A stretch of DNA of 64,000 bases from Nitrosopumilus sp. GTDB taxonomy: Archaea > Thermoproteota > Nitrososphaeria > Nitrososphaerales > Nitrosopumilaceae. Position 1 is the first letter of the stretch. Every line of letters begins with the position of its first letter. The DNA is taken from the NCBI GenBank assembly GCA_965218695.1, contig OZ244651.1, forward strand, positions 768,001 to 832,000. Reading direction: 5' to 3'. The position numbers were made by a program, and so were the translations under genes. The notes below the pieces were generated by a model. That model did no database searches. It had not been told where the DNA came from and was given only the letters and a program-made list of their open reading frames with translations. Of the stretch, positions 62,157 through 64,000 are shown piece by piece.

Positions 62157-63359
62157 ATGGCAATGCTAGTCGATCCAACGGTGCAGAGATTACAGTAGGA
62201 AAACGAGGCGCTCAGGGAGTCGGATGAATTCCGCCGGCAGAGGATCAGGGCCCTCAGGGAGGCGCGCAGGACAGACCGACAGAAGTGCGAGGCCCTCGAG
62301 GAATGCCTGACTGATCACTGGACTGTCACGTCTAGGTATCTTGACGACATCATAAAATATCCTGAATTCCTGCACGCCATGACGCTGCGCACCCCGGAAA
62401 GGTTTGACCACACGCTGCACCGCCTCGAGGATCTTTTGGAGCGGAACGGGGAGACTGCGCTCTTTTCTGAAATCAAGAGCAGATCGAAAAACTCCGGGAG
62501 CAGGCGCATCCTGCCCCTGAGGCACGCGTACCTGCTGTGGCTGTTTCGGGCAAGGCTGAGCATACCGCAGGAAGCCCTTGCCGCGATGTTTGGCGTCGAC
62601 CAGGCCACAGTCTCCAGGTACCTTCCGCTGATGACCAGGCTGCTAGGCGAGACAGGCACGGCGCCGCGCAAAATCAGCGAGGCTGCACAAAAGGCCAGGA
62701 CGCTTGAGGAGAGCAAGAAGATAATACCCGGCAGGAGGGGAGGAGAACTGATGGTGGACGGCACGCACAACCGGGTCAGAAGGTCCGCGGACAAGGAGAG
62801 GCGCAAAAAGACGTACTCTGGCAAGAAGAAGGCACACACGTACAACACCAACATCGTGATCAACAAGCGCCGCGTGATAGTGGCGATAAGCAAGACCGTT
62901 CCGGGCAGCGTCCACGACAAGACCCTGCTCAACGAGGATCCGCCAAACCTTGGAATCATTACGGCAAGGATGGGCCAGAAGGACGTGCCCGAAGAGGAAA
63001 AGCCTGACGTCCTGATGGACAAGGGCTACCAAGGGGCAAGAGAGGAATATCCCGGATGGCACATCAGGCACCCGCACAAGAAAAAGCGTGGAGCCGACAA
63101 AAAGACCGGCGGCCTGACAAAGAAGCAACGCGCCTACAACAAGAGGGTAAACAGCTCCCGTGTGGCCATAGAGCACGTTATCGGAAGCCTGAAACAGTAC
63201 AAGAGGCTGACTGACCCGTACGACGGCACCGAGGAGGAGTACAACGACGAGCTCAACGCGATTGCGGGAATGGTAAACCAGGATCTGATGTGGGACGAAA
63301 TAAAACTCAGGGACGCGGACCTTCTCAAAAGGCTGGCCGAGAAAAGGGCGCGCCTCTGA
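62157..63359 (+). mobile_element. IS5-superfamily (HTH_Tnp_4 plus DDE_Tnp_4) transposase; in-frame TAG near the 5' end
   Basis: LAAMFGVDQATVSRY, VDGT, YSGKKKAH, HD, MDKGYQG, RVAIEHVIGSLK; frame is open upstream to ATG 62157 except TAG at 62196-62198; ends not resolved. Confidence 0.85.
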
Positions 63360-63616
63360 GGCAGGGCGGCACGAGCCGCCTGACGGAGTGAAAGACAGGT
63401 GGCATCAGGCAGTGCAGGAATGTCGCGCACGGCATCCAATATTTGTGCAAATTCCCCCACCATTCCCCATGAAACAACCTGCCGCCCCGGGGACGGATGC
63501 CGCACATCCACAGGACGTGCCTTATTTTCCAATACTGGAAACTGGATTTTTCACATGGACGTGCAAGACAAATTTGTAAAATATACGGCAGACGAGATTT
63601 TCAAATATGGCCACGT

Positions 63617-64000
63617 CTAGCGCAGTTCTGACATGATTTTATGATTTGCCACGTCAGGCACATTCTGCATAGGATCTATTATTTGTACTCCGTCATCGAT
63701 ACCTGATGTAACCAGCGCGTAGGTAGTTCCGTCAATAACGACAGTCGTGATGTAATTTGCCCCGTCAAGCATGTCAAAGGTCGTTCCATCAGATATTGAT
63801 GTTATCAATGTCGGGGAGGTGGGATTCGTTATGTCCACTACCTGAACGCTGTCATCAGTCCAGCTTGCAACCAGGGCGTAGTGCCGCTGATCAATCACGG
63901 CAGTAGTGACATGAAACGTGCCGTCAAAATTGTCAAACGCTATGCCGCTGGAATCACGTCCCCTGTCGACAAAATGAAACTTTTCAAATACCAGAGGATC
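63617..64000 (-). CDS. 3' end of a second LVIVD-repeat protein (partial)
   Basis: YALVASWTDDSVQVVDITNP, YALVTSGIDDGVQIID; frame is open to the window end. Confidence 0.85.
   Translation of the reverse strand, partial: DPLVFEKFHFVDRGRDSSGIAFDNFDGTFHVTTAVIDQRHYALVASWTDDSVQVVDITNPTSPTLITSISDGTTFDMLDGANYITTVVIDGTTYALVTSGIDDGVQIIDPMQNVPDVANHKIMSELR

Noticed and set aside
5801-62198. Three in-frame TAG codons (5801, 7565, 62196) as possible amber recoding
   Set aside because: TAG terminates core genes here (e.g. rpl22 and 34405-34692), two of the three genes carry other lesions, and single substitutions explain them
62327-63620. CACGTCTAG direct repeat as TSD of the DDE_Tnp_4 element
   Set aside because: The left copy lies inside the reconstructed coding frame, there are no adjacent TIRs, and the 9-mer also occurs near 51793
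34736-64000. tRNA-Asn as integration site of an island
   Set aside because: No integrase gene and no duplicate of the tRNA 3' end seen in the window

Overview
Window from an ammonia-oxidising archaeon (Nitrosopumilaceae / Thaumarchaeota). Evidence: CdvB paralogue, proteasome alpha, an archaeal S10-spc ribosomal cluster lacking rpl2, PEFG- and CFI-box-CTERM surface proteins and LVIVD-repeat proteins; a host-associated lineage is an inference. A conserved core block (psmA, rpl3 to rpl6, tRNA-Asn; about 23.5-34.8 kb) is IS-free. Both flanks carry about 19 IS elements or remnants (IS5, ISH3, IS66, IS110, IS481, IS630, tnpB), many with TIRs and TSDs readable by eye and several nested. Highlights: (1) a tnpB RNA-guided nuclease gene inside a transposase-free element with 24-bp TIRs and an 8-bp TSD (DDE/IS6-like ends instead of IS200/IS605 ends), with a TAM-like TTTAC at the reconstructed empty site; (2) a DprA-PRTase (ShosTA-like) two-gene module whose PRTase gene re-joins in frame after removing three IS630 elements, one carrying a nested IS66; (3) an IS110 recombinase with a structured 5' leader (candidate bridge RNA); (4) a patchwork of short fragments from different transposases; (5) a recurring 22-bp perfect palindrome. 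All calls come from reading the sequence; no database searches were run.
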